NCBI GenBank assembly: GCA_021732645.1
Contig: JAKFUQ010000043.1
Span: forward strand, 1 to 36,736
Direction: 5' to 3'
DNA: 36,736 nucleotides
Origin: Rhizobacter sp.
GTDB lineage: Bacteria; Pseudomonadota; Gammaproteobacteria; Burkholderiales; Burkholderiaceae_C
Each line of letters begins with the position of its first letter. Position 1 is the stretch's first letter. This document shows positions 34,439 through 36,736 of the stretch, in pieces. The translations under genes were made by a program, and so were the position numbers. Under the pieces are notes generated by a model. It ran no database searches and had not been told where the DNA came from. It worked only from the letters and a program-made list of their open reading frames with translations.

Positions 34439-35419
34439 TCAAAAGTAGCCTTCTTTCTTGCGCCGCTCCATCGAAGCGTCGGAGGTGCGGTCGTCCATGC
34501 GGGTCGCGCCACGTTCGCTGACGGTCACCTGCAACGTCTCGGCGACGATCTCGGTGGCGTTGGTGGCCGGGCTCTCGACCGGGCAGGTGCAGGTCATGTC
34601 GCCGACAGTGCGAAAGCGTACCCGGGCGGTCTCGACGGTTTCACCGGCTTCGGGCGGCGTCACTTCCGTCAGCGGCACCAGCAGCCCCTTGCGGCGGATC
34701 ACCTGGCGATCGTGCGCGAAGTACAAGCTCGGCAGCGGGATGTTCTCGCGCGCCAGGTACAGCCAGACGTCGAGTTCGGTCCAGTTGCTGATCGGGAAGG
34801 CGCGCATGTGCTCGCCCGGCTTGATGCGGGTGTTGAACAGCGTCCACAACTCGGGCCGCTGCTCCTTCGGTTGCCACTGACCGAAGCTGTCGCGGTGGCT
34901 GAAGATGCGCTCCTTCGCGCGCGCCTTTTCCTCGTCGCGACGGGCGCCGCCCATCAGCACGTCGAAGCGGTGTTCCTCGATGGCTTCGAGCAGCGCGACC
35001 GTCTGGTGACCGTTGCGCGATTCGAGCGGGTGCGCCAGGCGCACGGTGCCACGCTTGATCGAGTCCTCGAGATGACCCACCACCAGCCGCTCGCCCATCT
35101 CGGCGACGCGCCGGTCGCGAAACTCGATCACCTCGGGGAAGTTGTGGCCGGTGTCGACGTGCAGCAGCGGGAAAGGCAGGCGGCCCTTGAATTCGTTCGG
35201 GTTGTCCGCGCTTTTGTCACTGCTGACCTTGGTCTTGAAGGCCTTCTCGGCCAGCCGCAGCACCACGCATGAGTCCTTGCCGCCGGAGAACAGCAGAGCG
35301 GGGCGCTCGAACGCCGCGACGGTTTCGCGCAGGATGAAGATGGCTTCTTCTTCCAGCCAATCGAGGTGGGTCTGATCCAGTTCGGGGAGCAACTGCTCCA
35401 CGCTGACGGCGGCGTTCAT
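34439..35419 (-). CDS. cysD: Sulfate adenylyltransferase subunit 2
   Basis: LDWLEEEAIFILRE...LLFSGGKDS (PP-loop), ending ...ERRKKEGYF, the typical CysD C-terminus. Confidence 0.93.
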   Translation of the reverse strand: MNAAVSVEQLLPELDQTHLDWLEEEAIFILRETVAAFERPALLFSGGKDSCVVLRLAEKAFKTKVSSDKSADNPNEFKGRLPFPLLHVDTGHNFPEVIEFRDRRVAEMGERLVVGHLEDSIKRGTVRLAHPLESRNGHQTVALLEAIEEHRFDVLMGGARRDEEKARAKERIFSHRDSFGQWQPKEQRPELWTLFNTRIKPGEHMRAFPISNWTELDVWLYLARENIPLPSLYFAHDRQVIRRKGLLVPLTEVTPPEAGETVETARVRFRTVGDMTCTCPVESPATNATEIVAETLQVTVSERGATRMDDRTSDASMERRKKEGYF

Positions 35420-36183
35420 GGTCTGTCTCCGATCATCGATACGGCGCCTTCAGGCGCGTCTTCCTTGACGTGCAGGCCGCATTCCTTGGCCTTCTCGTCT
35501 TCCCACCACCAGCGGCCAGCGCGGAAGTCCTCGCCCACCGCGATGGCGCGGGTGCAGGGTGCGCAGCCAATGCTGGGCATGAACTGGTCGTGCAGCGGGT
35601 TGTAGGGCACGTCGTTGGTGGCGACGTGGTGCCAGACGTCGTTCCAGCTCCAGTCGGCCAGCGGGTTGAACTTGATGCGACCCTGGCCATCTTCCTCGCT
35701 GAACGGCACCACCGCACGGGTGTTCGACTGCTCTCGGCGCAAGCCGGTGACCCAGGCGCTGCGGCCCGCCATCATCCGCGCCAGCGGCTCCATCTTGCGC
35801 AGGCCGCAGCAGGCCTTGCGAAGTTCGAGGCTCTGGTACATCGCGTCCTTGCCGTTGGTGGCCACGAAATGAACCACCGATTCATGCACCGGCTTGAACA
35901 CTTCGACAGCGAGGCCGTAGCGCTGCTCGATGCGCGGGATCAGCGCCAGCGTTTCGGCGTGCAGCATGCCGGTGTCCAGCGTCGCGATCGCGATGCCCTT
36001 GTCCCTGCCCAGGCTGTGGCGCGCGATCAGGTCGGTCAGCACCATGTCTTCGACGCCCAGGCTGGTCGATTGCACGATGCGGCCGCCATGCGCCGCAGCG
36101 GCTTCCTTCAGCACTGCGACGGTGTGGGCCAGGCGATCCTCGAAGCCGGGCGTCTTGCGGGCGTAGAGGTCGATCGCGCTCAT
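35416..36183 (-). CDS. cysH: Assimilatory adenylyl-sulfate (APS)/PAPS reductase, Fe-S type CysH
   Basis: Has the KACCGLRKMEPL and SIGCAPCT cysteine pairs characteristic of [4Fe-4S] APS reductases, plus the C-terminal ECGLH motif. Its start overlaps the DUF934 stop, and its stop overlaps the cysD start. Confidence 0.88.
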   Translation of the reverse strand: MSAIDLYARKTPGFEDRLAHTVAVLKEAAAAHGGRIVQSTSLGVEDMVLTDLIARHSLGRDKGIAIATLDTGMLHAETLALIPRIEQRYGLAVEVFKPVHESVVHFVATNGKDAMYQSLELRKACCGLRKMEPLARMMAGRSAWVTGLRREQSNTRAVVPFSEEDGQGRIKFNPLADWSWNDVWHHVATNDVPYNPLHDQFMPSIGCAPCTRAIAVGEDFRAGRWWWEDEKAKECGLHVKEDAPEGAVSMIGDRP

Positions 36184-36716
36184 ATCGAGGCCCCTGCATT
36201 CAGATAGTCGTCGGCGCTGTCCTTCAACTCGTCCGCCGGACGCGCGAAGCGCGGGCGGTGTTCCTGCACATCGCCCTGGTAGAAGCCGGGGAAGAAGGTC
36301 AGCGCGCGCTCGGCCGCTTCGCGCGACTGGTCGGCGCGCAGCACCACCGCGTCGAAGCCGGTGCGCTGCATCAGCGGCAGCATGTCGACCAGCACCTCGC
36401 CGAGCGCGCGGATCTCACCCTGGTAGCGGTAGCGCGAGCGCAGCAGGTGCGCCTGGCTGTAGGCGCGGCCGTCGACCCATTTCGGGAACCGCAGCGCGAT
36501 CAAGCCCAGGCGTGGCAAGTCGGCTTCGATGTCGCGCACGTCCTGATCGTTTTCGAGGATCACGCCGACCGGCATGCCGGCCGGCCAGTGGTGGCGCACG
36601 CTGCTCCATTGCAGCCAACCCAGCAGCCGATTCGGTTGTGGCGTGATCGTGACCATCGGGCCGTCATCGCCGTGGACAGTGCGCCAAGGGTCTTGAGGGG
36701 TGTGGATGAATCTCAT
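36180..36716 (-). CDS. DUF934-family protein (sulfite-reductase-associated)
   Basis: 178 aa. LIALRFPKWVDGRAYSQAHLLRSRYRYQGEIRALGEVLVDMLPLMQRTGFDA is typical of DUF934, which normally follows cysI in betaproteobacteria. Confidence 0.8.
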   Translation of the reverse strand: MRFIHTPQDPWRTVHGDDGPMVTITPQPNRLLGWLQWSSVRHHWPAGMPVGVILENDQDVRDIEADLPRLGLIALRFPKWVDGRAYSQAHLLRSRYRYQGEIRALGEVLVDMLPLMQRTGFDAVVLRADQSREAAERALTFFPGFYQGDVQEHRPRFARPADELKDSADDYLNAGASI

Positions 36717-36736
36717 GGTGCTGGCTCTCAGTCCAC

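Noticed and set aside
1-36736. CRISPR arrays, tRNA/rRNA genes, IS elements, integrases, phage genes or recognisable defence-system genes anywhere in the window.
   Set aside because: None found. There are no regularly spaced repeats, no transposase, recombinase or nuclease-type ORFs, and no tRNA-like cloverleaf candidates in the intergenic regions.

Overview
High-GC (roughly 65-70% by eye) chromosomal segment, most likely from a betaproteobacterium of the Comamonadaceae/Burkholderiales type. This guess rests on gene content and order (rpsF-priB-rpsR-rplI, DUF934-cysH-cysD-cysN-cobA, fdxA plus a TrxR-type FNR).

Left flank (1-8.7 kb): conserved housekeeping genes dnaX-ybaB-recR, a MAPEG protein, mltD-gloB on the minus strand, a yafS-like methyltransferase, rnhA, and the rpsF-priB-rpsR-rplI operon with a clean intrinsic terminator.

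Middle (8.9-30.7 kb): an accessory-looking catabolic block with no mobility genes. It contains:
- a large MalT/LAL-type STAND-LuxR regulator;
- divergent from it, a tightly coupled operon with two HyuA-like subunits, a Zn-ribbon gamma subunit, a HyuB/AcxB-like subunit, a 290-aa unknown protein and a COG0523 (CobW-like) GTPase. This has the subunit make-up of an acetophenone-carboxylase-type ATP-dependent carboxylase;
- ylqF/rbgA and an orphan receiver-only response regulator;
- a Liv-type ABC importer operon (Tat-signal SBP, two ATPases, two permeases) that runs straight into a homolog of the N,N-dimethylformamidase large subunit.

The last permease ORF carries a C-terminal cytoplasmic extension of about 140 aa with its own in-frame Shine-Dalgarno and ATG (121 aa from that ATG). 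It sits exactly where a DMFase small-subunit gene would be expected.

Right flank (30.7-36.7 kb, minus strand): FNR, 7Fe ferredoxin, and an assimilatory sulfate operon (DUF934, APS-reductase-type cysH, cysD, cysN, cobA).

I found no CRISPR array, tRNA or rRNA gene, transposase or integrase. The many long ORFs antisense to the called genes are GC-rich shadow ORFs.

The two most interesting candidates are the permease/DMFase-small-subunit-like fusion coupled to the amidase, and the five-subunit carboxylase operon with a dedicated metallochaperone-type GTPase.
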